64,000 nucleotides of DNA from Vicinamibacterales bacterium (GCA_965207265.1 OZ242279.1:6235359-6299358), one strand, 5' to 3'; shown: positions 38,590 through 48,424, counted from the stretch's first letter. The notes: generated by a model not told the origin, from the sequence alone. Program-made: numbers and translations.

Positions 38590-39608
38590 CCTCCCGCCTC
38601 CGCGGACTGCGAGCTCTGCGCCAAGCGCTCCATCTTCGCCGCCGCGCGGCCGCTCCGCAGTGCGTCGAGTCCCATCTGCACGCCATCCTTCAGCGAGTCG
38701 ACGCGGCCGGCCACCAGCAACCCTGCCGCGGCGTTGGCGAGCACGAAATCGCGCGGCGGGCCCGCCGCGCCGCCCAGCACCGAGCGTGCGATCCGGACGC
38801 TGTCGTCCAGCCCGTCGACGCGCAGCCGGTCCAGCGTCGTCGGCGTCAGACCGAGGTCGGACGGGTGCACATGCAGCGTCGAGACCGTGCCGTCGCGTAC
38901 CTCGCAGACCTTCGTGTGCCCCACCACCGAGACTTCGTCCAGCCCCTCCGCACCGTGCACCACCCAGGCGCGCTCGGAGCCCAGGTCGGCCAGCGCGCGC
39001 GCGACCAGCTCGGCAAGCTCCGGCCGCGGCACCCCGACCACCTGGCGGCGTGCGCCGGCGGGATTCGTGAGCGGGCCGAGCAGGTTGAACGCCGTCCGGA
39101 TGCCGAGCTCCCGCCGGACCGGGCCGGCGTGCCGCATGGCCGGATGAAACGTGGGCGCGAAGAAGAACGCGATGCCGGCCTCGTCGAGACAGCGCTCGAC
39201 CACCGCGGGCGGCGCAGTCAGGTTCACCCCGAGCGCCTCGAACAGGTCTGCGCTTCCGCAGCGGCTCGACACCGAACGGTTGCCGTGCTTGGCCACCTCG
39301 ACGCCGCAGGCGGCGAGCACGACGGCGGAGAGCGACGAGACGTTGAACGTATGCGACCGGTCGCCGCCGGTGCCGCAGGTGTCGAAGCTCGACTCGCGGG
39401 GCCGCGACAGGGCCACCGCATGCGCCCGCATGGTGCGGGCGAGTCCGACGATCTCCCGCGGGCGCTCCCCCTTCATGGCCAGGGCGACGAGGAAGCCGGC
39501 GATCTGCGCGGGCGTGGCGGCGCCTTGCATCACCTGGTCCATCGCGTCCGCGGCCTGCGCCTCGGTCATATCCTCGCGCCGGAGCAGCGTATCGAGTGTC
39601 TCGCGCAT
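38586..39608 (-). CDS. trpD: Anthranilate phosphoribosyltransferase
   Basis: Track ORF 38586..40250 trimmed to MRETLDTLL. Motifs seen: CGTGGD, KHGNRSVSS. Confidence 0.92.
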   Translation of the reverse strand: MRETLDTLLRREDMTEAQAADAMDQVMQGAATPAQIAGFLVALAMKGERPREIVGLARTMRAHAVALSRPRESSFDTCGTGGDRSHTFNVSSLSAVVLAACGVEVAKHGNRSVSSRCGSADLFEALGVNLTAPPAVVERCLDEAGIAFFFAPTFHPAMRHAGPVRRELGIRTAFNLLGPLTNPAGARRQVVGVPRPELAELVARALADLGSERAWVVHGAEGLDEVSVVGHTKVCEVRDGTVSTLHVHPSDLGLTPTTLDRLRVDGLDDSVRIARSVLGGAAGPPRDFVLANAAAGLLVAGRVDSLKDGVQMGLDALRSGRAAAKMERLAQSSQSAEAGG

Positions 39609-39613
39609 GACTC

Positions 39614-40188
<575 letters not shown>

Positions 40189-40189
<1 letters not shown>

Positions 40190-41712
40190 CACCGGTTCCT
40201 CGCTCCGGTGGCCGACGGGCCGCGCCCGCTCTCGGCCATGCGCAGCGCACCGAACAGCGCCGACGCCTTGGCCCGCGTTTCCTCGTACTCGGCCGTCGGA
40301 TCCGAATCGGCCACGATGCCGGCCCCGGCCTGCACCCACGCGCGCCCGTCGCGCATCACGATCGTGCGGATCGTAATGCAGCAGTCGAGATGCCCGGCGA
40401 AGTCGACGTAGCCGACCGCGCCGGCGTAGATGCCGCGCCGGGTGGGCTCGAGCTCGTCGATGATCTCCATCGCACGGATTTTCGGGGCCCCGGACACCGT
40501 GCCCGCCGGAAAGCACGCCGCGAGGGCGTCGAGCCGGTCGCGGTCGTCGGTCAGCTCGCCGACCACGCGCGAGACCAGGTGCATCACGTGCGAGTACCGC
40601 TCCAGGGCCATGTACTGCGGCACCTGCACGGAACCGTAGGCCGAGACCCTCCCGAGGTCGTTGCGGCCGAGGTCGACCAGCATCACGTGCTCGGCCCGCT
40701 CCTTCTCGTTCGCCCGCAGCTCGTCGGCCAGCTTCGCGTCGGCCTCGGCGGTCACCCCCCGCGGCCGCGTGCCGGCGATCGGGTGCGTCTCGGCGCGCCG
40801 GCCCTCGACGCGGACGAGCATCTCGGGCGACGATCCGACGATGGAAACGCCTCCCAGACGGATGAAGTACATGTAGGGGGACGGATTCACGTACCGCAGC
40901 GCACGATAGACGGTGAACGGATCGCTTTCGATCTCGGTCTCGAACCGCTGCGAGAGCACGACCTGGAAGATGTCGCCGGCCGTGATGTAGTCCTTGGCGC
41001 GGCGCACGGCATCCTCGAAGGCCGCCTGCGTCGTGTTCGAGCGAAACGATACGGCGCCCCCCGAGGCGGTCGGCGGCTCCGAGAGCTGGCGCCGCAGCTC
41101 GGCCTCCAGAAAGCCGATCCGGGCCAGCGCGAGCGCGTAGCACGCCTCGAGATCGCAGCCCTCCTCCACCTCGGCGTTGGCGATGATCAGGATGCGGTGC
41201 TTGACGTGGTCGAAGGCCATGACGGTGTCGAACAGCATGAACGCCGCGTCGTCGCCCGCCTCGGCCGGCTTCGGATGCGCGGCGCGCGCCCGTTCCAGGG
41301 TCGGCTCGAACCACCTCGCGGTGTCGTACCCGAGGAATCCGACCGCCCCGCCCGCGAAGCGGGGCAGGCCGGGCACCCGCGGCGCCCGGTAGCGAGCCAG
41401 CAGTCCTCGCAGCGCTCCCAGAAACGGTTCGGCCAGCTCCTCGCTGCGGCCTCCCTGCCGGCGGATCGTCCTTCCCTCGGCCGACCGCAGCACGAGGAAC
41501 GGATCCTTGCCGAGAAACGAGTACCTGGCGAGATGCTCGCCCCCGGCCACGCTCTCGAACAGAAAGGCATGGTCGGCGCTGTCGGCGACCTTCAGGAAGG
41601 CCGAGACCGGGGTCAGCAGGTCGGCCAGCACCTCCCGGCAGACCGGCACGAACGTGGCGCCGCGGGCCAGCTCTCGGAACTCGTCGAACGTCGTTGCGGT
41701 CATCGTGTCCAT
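40189..41712 (-). CDS. trpE: Anthranilate synthase component I
   Basis: Track ORF 40189..41898 trimmed to MDTMTATTF. Motifs seen: LLTPVSAF, LVDLGRNDLGRV, and GAGIVADS in the chorismate-binding domain. Confidence 0.93.
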
Positions 41713-41725
41713 GACGGCGCTTCCG

Positions 41726-43216
41726 TCACGCGGGCTGCGGGGGGGTCCCCTGGGCCCCTTGCGCCTGCCGGGCGAGATCCTGCTCGGCCGCCCGCCTGAA
41801 CAGATCGGCGGACGGCGTCTCGCCCGTCCACCACGCGAACTGGCGCACGGCCTGCGCCACGAGCATGTCGAGTCCGCCGATGGTGTCGCACCCCGCACGC
41901 GCCGCGTCCGCCATCAGGCGGGTCTCCGGCGGGTTGTACACGAGGTCGTACACCAGGCGTCCATCGAACGGCCCGTCCGGCAGCGGGCTCCGGGCGGCCG
42001 CGGGCCACGTCCCCAGCGGCGTGGTGTTGACCAGCAGGTCCCACGACCCCGGGCGCGGGGGCAGCGGCGCGGCCCGGGTTCCGGGCGCCACGGCGGCGAC
42101 GGCGGCGGCCCGTTCCGGGCGCCGCGCGCAAACGGTCACTTCCGCGCCCTCGCCGTGCAGCGCGAACGCCGCGGCTCGGGCCACGCCGCCCGACCCGAGC
42201 ACCGTCGCCCGCGCACCGGCCAGCGCCATGCGGCCGGCCAGCGGCGCCAGCAGTCCGTGCACGTCGGTGTTGAGGCCTTCCCAGACCCCGCCGGCGAGAG
42301 GGCGCACCGTGTTCACCGCGCCAATCGCGTTGCCGATGGCGTCCTGCTCGACCACGTGCGGCACGATCGCTTCCTTGAAGGGCGCGGTGACGCTGGCGCC
42401 CCGCAGTTGGACGGCGTCGGCGAAGGCCAGGAAATCCTCCACGTCGGCGGCCTCGAGCGGCAGGTAGACCGCGTCGATGCCGTGCGCCCGAAAGCCGGCG
42501 TTGTGCATCGCCGGGGAGAGCGAGTGACCGATGGGCGACCCGAGCACCCCGTAGACCGCGGTGCCCTCCGAGAGCTCCCGAAAGCGGAACTGCTCCCGCA
42601 TCCGCGCAAGGTCGATCTGCCCGGGCGCGATCCCGTCCCCCGCGTAGGTCCAGCACGAACCGAACCGGGCGGCCAGCACGCGCGACGGGATCCCCGCCGC
42701 CCCCATGCCGATCAGGACCCGGCTCTCGTCGTCGCGCCCCAATCTCGCCACCCGCACCGATTCCGTCAGGCTCCCCGCGGCCGCCGCGATCTTGACTACC
42801 TCGGCTCCGGTGGCCCGCATCGATCGATAGCGGCCCTCCAGATCCGGCGGCACGCCGTCGAAGACGTGGAACGACAGGACCACCCCGCGGCCGCCGCGGG
42901 CATCGAGGACCTCATCCACGAATCCGGCTCGCTGCTCCACGTCGACGTACTCGGCGCCGAGGCGGCAAGCCTCCAGCAGAATGCGGCGGCGCTCGGCCTC
43001 GCTGCCCGCGAACGCGCCTCCCTCCCAGGTCGGCCGGCAGGTGGCCACCACCGGGTGTCGGCGGTCCGCCAGCGCGCCGCCGACGTCCGGATCGGCCACG
43101 CCGTCCAGGCGCAACTCCACGAGATCCGCCCCCTCCTGAGCATCGCGCCGCGCACGCAACTCGGACGTCGTTTCCGCCGTCACCGTCGCGCACAACCGGG
43201 TCCTGCCGTCGGCCAT
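41726..43216 (-). CDS. Bifunctional type I 3-dehydroquinate dehydratase / shikimate dehydrogenase
   Basis: 496 aa. The N-terminal roughly 230 aa are AroD-like (LVELRLD, VVKIA with catalytic Lys, GMGAAG). The C-terminal part is AroE-like (GSPIGHSLSPAMHNAGF, NTD, GSGGVARA). Confidence 0.85.
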   Translation of the reverse strand: MADGRTRLCATVTAETTSELRARRDAQEGADLVELRLDGVADPDVGGALADRRHPVVATCRPTWEGGAFAGSEAERRRILLEACRLGAEYVDVEQRAGFVDEVLDARGGRGVVLSFHVFDGVPPDLEGRYRSMRATGAEVVKIAAAAGSLTESVRVARLGRDDESRVLIGMGAAGIPSRVLAARFGSCWTYAGDGIAPGQIDLARMREQFRFRELSEGTAVYGVLGSPIGHSLSPAMHNAGFRAHGIDAVYLPLEAADVEDFLAFADAVQLRGASVTAPFKEAIVPHVVEQDAIGNAIGAVNTVRPLAGGVWEGLNTDVHGLLAPLAGRMALAGARATVLGSGGVARAAAFALHGEGAEVTVCARRPERAAAVAAVAPGTRAAPLPPRPGSWDLLVNTTPLGTWPAAARSPLPDGPFDGRLVYDLVYNPPETRLMADAARAGCDTIGGLDMLVAQAVRQFAWWTGETPSADLFRRAAEQDLARQAQGAQGTPPQPA

Positions 43217-43233
43217 TCGTTTCCGCTGCCCAC

Positions 43234-43269
43234 AAAAAAAGCCTCTTCACCCTGGGGGTTGAAGAGGCT
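43234..43269 (-). terminator. Intrinsic terminator (attenuator) 17 nt upstream of the aroDE start codon
   Basis: The minus strand reads aGCCUCUUCA-a-CCC-cca-GGG-UGAAGAGGC followed by UUUUUUU. That is 9+3 bp with one bulged A and a U7 tract at 43240-43234. Confidence 0.75.
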
Positions 43270-43299
43270 GGGTTGTCCTGTCCAGTGACGCTCGGCCTG

Positions 43300-43383
43300 T
43301 CAGCCAGCCCCTCCCTGCGAGGCGGTAAACGTGCGTCGCCACCAATAGGCCCGACCCGTCACCGCGTCATCAGGATTGCGCAT
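43300..43383 (-). CDS. Candidate trp leader peptide (27 aa, tandem Trp codons)
   Basis: ATG 43383 to TGA 43300 encodes MRNPDDAVTGRAYWWRRTFTASQGGAG. TGG TGG lies at 43344-43339. An in-frame TGA lies 8 codons upstream. Only a weak AAGG lies 2 nt before the ATG. The ORF is below the ORF-track size cutoff. Confidence 0.6.
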   Translation of the reverse strand: MRNPDDAVTGRAYWWRRTFTASQGGAG

Positions 43384-43444
43384 CGCCTTGGCCGTGAGAA
43401 GGCATCACCGCCGCCGTTCGCTCGGCTGCGCGAGCCAGCCTCTG

Positions 43445-43473
43445 ACGGTAGCAGAGGCAGATCGGAGTGTCAA
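43445..43473 (-). promoter_or_regulatory. Sigma-70-type promoter of the aro-trp leader (TTGACA-N17-TACCGT)
   Basis: The minus strand reads caaTTGACActccgatctgcctctgcTACCGTcag. The -35 box is 43473-43468 and the -10 box is 43450-43445. Confidence 0.45.
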
Positions 43474-43535
43474 TTGCGGTCGCCGGGAACCGCTTGACGG
43501 TATGATGGTTCCCGACGGAAGGAAGCCCGGTCGCC

Positions 43536-45407
43536 ATGAGACTCACGCCAAGCCGCTTTTCGGCCGTTGCCGCGGGTATCGCGCTTGGGGCCGCGACGCT
43601 GGCCCCGTTGCCGGCGGTCACCTCGCGGATGCCGGTGGACGAGGTCGAGGTCGGGATGCGGGGCTTCGGCGTCACGGTATTCGGCGGAGCGACCCGCGAG
43701 CGGTTCGACGTACAGGTGCTCGGGGTGCTCACCAACGTGCTCGGTCCCCGGCGCTCGCTCATCGTCGCCAGGCTCGAAGGCGGTCCGCTGGCGCAGACCG
43801 GGGTCATCCAGGGCATGAGCGGCAGCCCGGTCTACATCGACGATCGGCTGGTGGGCGCCGTCTCCTACGCGCTCGGGTCGTTCTCGCGCGAGGCGATCGC
43901 GGGCATCACCCCGATCGAGGAGATGGCCGCGACGGACTCGACCCCGCTGCTTGCCGCCCGGCGCTGGTCCACGCCGCTTCCGCCGGCGCGCGAGGTCACA
44001 CGGGACACCCTGGTCGACGTCGTCGCGCGAGCCCTGCCCCCCGCCGAGCCGTTCGCCCGGCGCCCGGGCGACGTCCGCGCCGCCGGACTGCCGGCGGTCG
44101 CCGCGGGGCGCCTCGGCGCGTTGCTGCGCCCGATTGCGACACCGCTCGTGCTGAGCGGGTTCACGCCCGAGATCCATGACCTCTGGAGCGCCGCGTTCGG
44201 CGCCGGCGGCCTCGTTCCCACGGTGGGAGGCCAGCGCGGGGGGCCGTCTCCCAGCGTCGACGACGGGCCGCCCCTGGAACCGGGAGACCCGATAGGGGCC
44301 AGCCTGATCCAGGGCGACCTGGCCATGGCGGGAACCGGCACGGTCACTCTGGTGGAGGAGGGTCGGGTGTATGCCTTCGGCCACCCGTTCTACAACCTCG
44401 GACGGGCCCAGTTGCCGATGACGCGAGCGCACGTCACGACGCTGCTGCCGAGTCTCGCGATCTCCTCGCGGCTCGCCACCATCGGCCCCGTACTCGGGAC
44501 GATCGACCAGGACCGATCGACGGGCATCTACGGGAGTCTCGGGAGCGGACCCGAGCTGATTCCCGTCACGCTGTCGATCTCGGCCGGCGACCGCCGCCTG
44601 CGCGAGCGTTTCTCGTTCGAGATCATCGACGACCCCTTGTTCACGCCGATCCTGACGCTGACCGGCGTGCTCAACACGTTCCTTTCCTGGAACCGCGACG
44701 TCGCCCCCAGCAGCACCTACGAAGTGTCGGGGACCGCCGCCCTGGGAGGCGGGTACGGCAACGTGGCGTTCGGCAACGTCTTTACGGGACAATCGGCCGC
44801 CTTCAGCGCGGCGCTCTCGGCGACCACGCCGCTGATGTCTCTGCTCGGCAACCGATTCGGACCGGTCGAGGTGGAACGCATCGACATCGATATCAACACC
44901 TACGAACGCCCCCGTACGGCCACGCTGGAGCAGGTCCGCATTGACGCGGATCGCATCCGGCCCGGTGATACGGTTCCGATCGGGGTGGCCGTCCGTACGG
45001 TCGAAGGTGTCGCGATAGCGAATACGGTCGACGTCGAGCTGCCTCGCGACGTGATCGGCTCCGTGCGGCTCCTGGTGGCCGACGCAACGACGCTCGACCG
45101 CCGCGAGGTGCAGGCCGGACGGCAGCCGCAGCAGGCCCGCTCGCTGCCGCAGTTGATCCGGGCCCTCAGCACGGGACGGCAGCAGGACCGCCTGTACGTG
45201 CAGTTGCTGGCCTCGCGACCCGGCGCCGTGGTGCGCGGGCAGCCGCGGGCGGGGTTGCCCCCGTCGGTTCTCGCGGTGCTCGACGGTGATCGCGCCGGCG
45301 GCGACGTGACCCGCCTGCGCGAAGCGACGCTGGGCGAATGGGAGGTTCCGATCGGCTACGTCACCTCCGGCTCCCGCCAACTCTCCTTCACGGTCGAGGC
45401 CGAATGA
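43536..45407 (+). CDS. Secreted peptidase S55 (SpoIVB-type) domain protein
   Basis: 623 aa with a signal peptide (FSAVAAGIALGAATLAPLPA). The N-terminal domain has GFGVTVF...FDVQVLGV...GVIQGMSGSPVYIDDRLVGAVSY, a chymotrypsin-like GxSGSP serine motif matching my memory of Pfam S55. Confidence 0.6.
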   Translation: MRLTPSRFSAVAAGIALGAATLAPLPAVTSRMPVDEVEVGMRGFGVTVFGGATRERFDVQVLGVLTNVLGPRRSLIVARLEGGPLAQTGVIQGMSGSPVYIDDRLVGAVSYALGSFSREAIAGITPIEEMAATDSTPLLAARRWSTPLPPAREVTRDTLVDVVARALPPAEPFARRPGDVRAAGLPAVAAGRLGALLRPIATPLVLSGFTPEIHDLWSAAFGAGGLVPTVGGQRGGPSPSVDDGPPLEPGDPIGASLIQGDLAMAGTGTVTLVEEGRVYAFGHPFYNLGRAQLPMTRAHVTTLLPSLAISSRLATIGPVLGTIDQDRSTGIYGSLGSGPELIPVTLSISAGDRRLRERFSFEIIDDPLFTPILTLTGVLNTFLSWNRDVAPSSTYEVSGTAALGGGYGNVAFGNVFTGQSAAFSAALSATTPLMSLLGNRFGPVEVERIDIDINTYERPRTATLEQVRIDADRIRPGDTVPIGVAVRTVEGVAIANTVDVELPRDVIGSVRLLVADATTLDRREVQAGRQPQQARSLPQLIRALSTGRQQDRLYVQLLASRPGAVVRGQPRAGLPPSVLAVLDGDRAGGDVTRLREATLGEWEVPIGYVTSGSRQLSFTVEAE

Positions 45408-47617
45408 GGTCTTTCGCGCGCCGGCGCATCAAGGGAGTTGCCGCCGCCGCGGTCGCCGCGGTCGTTGCAATCGTCGTCGTGTCGGCGGCCTCCCCGGTCT
45501 TCTGGCGCGTCTCCACACAGGCGGAGTTCCTGCGCGGCAGGGCGGACAACGTTTCCATCGACGCCGGCGGGCGGCTGCTGCTGGGGCCGAACGCCGAGCG
45601 CGTGCATGCCACGGGCCTCCCGTTTCTCTGGTCGCTGGTGCAGACGGAAGGAGCGCTGTGGGTCGGCGGCGGCCCTCCCGGCGCCGTCTACCGCGTGCCT
45701 CCCGCCGGTGAAGCGAGCACCGTCCTCGATGGCGCCTCCGGCGACGTGCAGGCGCTGGCGGTCGGGGCGGGCGGGACCGTGTACGCCGCGCTGTCGCCCG
45801 GCGGACTGATCGTCGCCCTCGACGCCCGCGGCACGCGGCGCGACGTGTTCGACGCCGAGGAACCGTACGTCTGGGCGCTGGCGACGGGCTCCGACGGATC
45901 GCTGTACGCGGGCACCGGCAATCCCGGACGGATCTACCGCATTCCGCCGGACGGCAGCGCGGCACTACTGTACGACACCGGCGCCGCGCACGTCCGGTCG
46001 CTCGCAGTGGACGCGCAAGGCCGTCTCATCGCCGGCACCGGCTCGCCCGGCCGCGTGCTGCGCCTCGACGCGGCGGGGCGCGCGTTCGTGCTGCTCGACA
46101 CGCAGCACGACGAGATCACATCGATCCGCCTGGCCCGCGACGGCGCTGTCCTGGCGCTGGCCGCCGGCGGCGCCGCGGCGCCGATCGCGGCAGGCCCGCC
46201 CCCCGCCGCGGCGGCTGCTTCCGCTACCCCGGTGGTGACGACGAGCGTGTCGGTCACGGTGACGGCCAGCGCTCCGGCCACGCCGGCGGCGGCCCCGTCC
46301 GGGCCGAGCACCGGCGCCGCCGCGCCCTCGACCGCATTGGGCGGCGCCGTGTATCGCATCGCGCCGGACGGCATCTGGGACGTGGTGTGGCAGTCGACCG
46401 CGGACACTCCCTATGACGCCGTGATCGACGCAGACGGCGCCGTCGTCGTCGGCACCGGTCCGGACGGAAAGATCTTCCGCGTGCAGGGCCGGCCGCGGAC
46501 GACGGTGCTCCTCACCCGCGCCGCCGCCGGGCAGGTCACCCGTTTCGTCGACGGACCGGACGGCCAGACCTACTTCACGACGGCCAACCCGGGCAACCTG
46601 CACCGTCTCGCCTCGAGCCGGGCCGGCAGCGGCACCTACGTTTCCGATGTGCACGATGCGCGTACGGTGGCGACATGGGGCACGATTCGCTGGCGCGCGA
46701 GCACGCCGGGCAACAGCTCCGTCCGCCTGCATACCCGCGCGGGCAACACCGCGGTGCCCGGCGAGACCTGGAGTCCCTGGTCCGAGGCGTACACCGTTCC
46801 GGCGGGCACGGCCATCAGCAGCCCCAAGGCGCGCTACCTGCAGTGGAAGGCGGAGTTCGAGGGGGCCGGCGTCGCACCGGCGCTCTTCTCGGTCACCGCG
46901 GCCTACCTGCCGCGCAACCTCGCCCCCGAGGTCACGCAGGTCACGGTCCATCCCCCCGGACGGGTCAACCTGCGGGCGTTTCCGACCGACCCGCCGATAG
47001 CCGGACTGGACGCCGAGCGCGATCCCGCGGCCCCGCCGCCGGCGCCCGGCGCGGCGCAGACGCCGACCCTGGGCCGGCAGGTCTATCGCAAGGGCCTCCA
47101 GTCCTTCGCCTGGGAGGCCCGCGATCCCAACGACGACCCGCTCCGGTTCGAGATCCGCTACCGCGAGGAGACCGCCGCCGAATGGCGGGTGCTGCAGCGG
47201 GACCTGACGACGCGCCTCTTCACCTGGGACACGACGTCGACCCCGGACGGCACCTACGTCGTACGCATCGTCGCCACCGACGCCGGAGCGAACGCACCGG
47301 GCCAGGCACTGACAGCCCTGCGCGACACGGCGCCCTTCGACGTCGACAACACCCCGCCCCGCATCGTCGTCGAGAGCCTGACCCCGTCCGGGAACCAGGT
47401 GCGGGTGCGTCTGCTGGTCTCCGACGCGCAATCGACTCTAGATCGCGTGGAGTACAGGGTGGACCCCGATCGCTGGCAGGCGGCCTATCCGGCGGACGGC
47501 ATTGCCGACGAGCGGGAGGAGCGCTTCGAGCTGGCCGTGGCGGCCGCGGACGTCGACCGCCTGGTGCTGCGCGTCACCGACGCCATGCGGAACACCGCCA
47601 CGGCCTCGGCTCGCTGA
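45404..47617 (+). CDS. Membrane-anchored beta-propeller / Ig-like repeat protein of unknown function
   Basis: Track ORF 45338..47617 trimmed to MRSFARRRIKGVAAAAVAAVVAIVVV. The ATG overlaps the upstream TGA (ATGA at 45404-45407). It has repeated G.G..YR.. blades, an Ala/Pro/Thr linker, and C-terminal beta-sandwich-like repeats. Confidence 0.6.
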   Translation: MRSFARRRIKGVAAAAVAAVVAIVVVSAASPVFWRVSTQAEFLRGRADNVSIDAGGRLLLGPNAERVHATGLPFLWSLVQTEGALWVGGGPPGAVYRVPPAGEASTVLDGASGDVQALAVGAGGTVYAALSPGGLIVALDARGTRRDVFDAEEPYVWALATGSDGSLYAGTGNPGRIYRIPPDGSAALLYDTGAAHVRSLAVDAQGRLIAGTGSPGRVLRLDAAGRAFVLLDTQHDEITSIRLARDGAVLALAAGGAAAPIAAGPPPAAAAASATPVVTTSVSVTVTASAPATPAAAPSGPSTGAAAPSTALGGAVYRIAPDGIWDVVWQSTADTPYDAVIDADGAVVVGTGPDGKIFRVQGRPRTTVLLTRAAAGQVTRFVDGPDGQTYFTTANPGNLHRLASSRAGSGTYVSDVHDARTVATWGTIRWRASTPGNSSVRLHTRAGNTAVPGETWSPWSEAYTVPAGTAISSPKARYLQWKAEFEGAGVAPALFSVTAAYLPRNLAPEVTQVTVHPPGRVNLRAFPTDPPIAGLDAERDPAAPPPAPGAAQTPTLGRQVYRKGLQSFAWEARDPNDDPLRFEIRYREETAAEWRVLQRDLTTRLFTWDTTSTPDGTYVVRIVATDAGANAPGQALTALRDTAPFDVDNTPPRIVVESLTPSGNQVRVRLLVSDAQSTLDRVEYRVDPDRWQAAYPADGIADEREERFELAVAAADVDRLVLRVTDAMRNTATASAR

Positions 47618-47641
47618 TCTCTCGCGGCGCCGGGTCTCCGG

Positions 47642-48424
47642 CTACGCGGTGGGCGCAAAGGCGAAGTCGCGGCCGTCGGACATCGACGCGTCGGCCAGGA
47701 TCGTCACCTGCTCGACCACCCAGACCATGTTGACCGCCACCGGCGCGCCGCGGTACTCGGCCGGCAGGAACCGCGAGCCGTAAGCCGAGTCGACCAGCTC
47801 GTGCCAGCTCAGCGGGTCCGGCCCGCTCGACCCGAGCACCTCGATTCCCGAGACCGTTCCCTCCCGCGTGACGACGACTGCGAACGTCACTCCGGTCGGG
47901 CGGCCGGGCAGCGGCATCGGCTCGGGCAGGGTCAGCAGCACCGCTTCGGGGCTCAACTGCGGTGCCACCATTCCGGTCCGAAGCTGCACGGGATTCTCGT
48001 TCGAACCGGGATTCGAAAGAGCCTCCATCATCGCCGCCAGCGAATCCGGGCTCTGCACGGTACTGACGGCGCTGGCTGCGGCCAACGCGCAGAGGACGGT
48101 CACCGCACAGGCGGCGCCGGCCAGCCAGACCCTGTGCAGGTTGTCCGCCAGGCCGCGCATGCCGGTCGTACGGGCCACTTCCCGTTCCGCGGCGATGCGG
48201 CTCAGCACCATGCCGCCGACCACGCGCAGGCGCTCGACGAGATCGTCGTCCAGCCGATCTCCCGCCGCCAGCCGCACGGCGCGGCTCAGCTCGCGCTGCT
48301 CGTCCGCGAGACGAACGCAGGCCGGGCATTCGTCGAGGTGCGCGTCGACGGCAATCCGGTTGCCGACGCTGAGCTCGTCGTCGATATAGGCGGCCAGACG
48401 CCGCCGCGTCCATCTGCAGGTCAC
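47642..48424 (-). CDS. Anti-sigma factor (zf-HC2) with TonB C-terminal-like domain
   Basis: 260 aa with a GTG start overlapping the sigma factor TGA. The N-terminal H-x3-C-x2-C motif is DAHLDECPAC. It has one TM helix (VWLAGAACAVTVLCALAAA). The C-terminus GVTFAVVVTREGTVSGIEVLGSSG...FLPAEYRGAPVAV is TonB_C-like. Confidence 0.7.
   Translation of the reverse strand: MTCRWTRRRLAAYIDDELSVGNRIAVDAHLDECPACVRLADEQRELSRAVRLAAGDRLDDDLVERLRVVGGMVLSRIAAEREVARTTGMRGLADNLHRVWLAGAACAVTVLCALAAASAVSTVQSPDSLAAMMEALSNPGSNENPVQLRTGMVAPQLSPEAVLLTLPEPMPLPGRPTGVTFAVVVTREGTVSGIEVLGSSGPDPLSWHELVDSAYGSRFLPAEYRGAPVAVNMVWVVEQVTILADASMSDGRDFAFAPTA

Noticed and set aside
43331-43350. T-box-like string UUGGUGGCGACGCA in the aro-trp leader
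   Set aside because: It resembles the GGUGGNACCGCG T-box core only partly. No specifier-loop or stem I architecture is visible. The UGGUGG is better explained as the tandem Trp codons of a translated leader ORF with a matching terminator/antiterminator.
46141-46330. Ala/Pro/Thr/Ser-rich low-complexity DNA that looks repeat-like (similar tracts occur in the ftsK linker at 28640-28810 and the Spm-like linker at 49800-49930)
   Set aside because: These are in-frame interdomain linkers of real proteins. They have no exact DNA periodicity and are not tandem repeats or CRISPR-like arrays.
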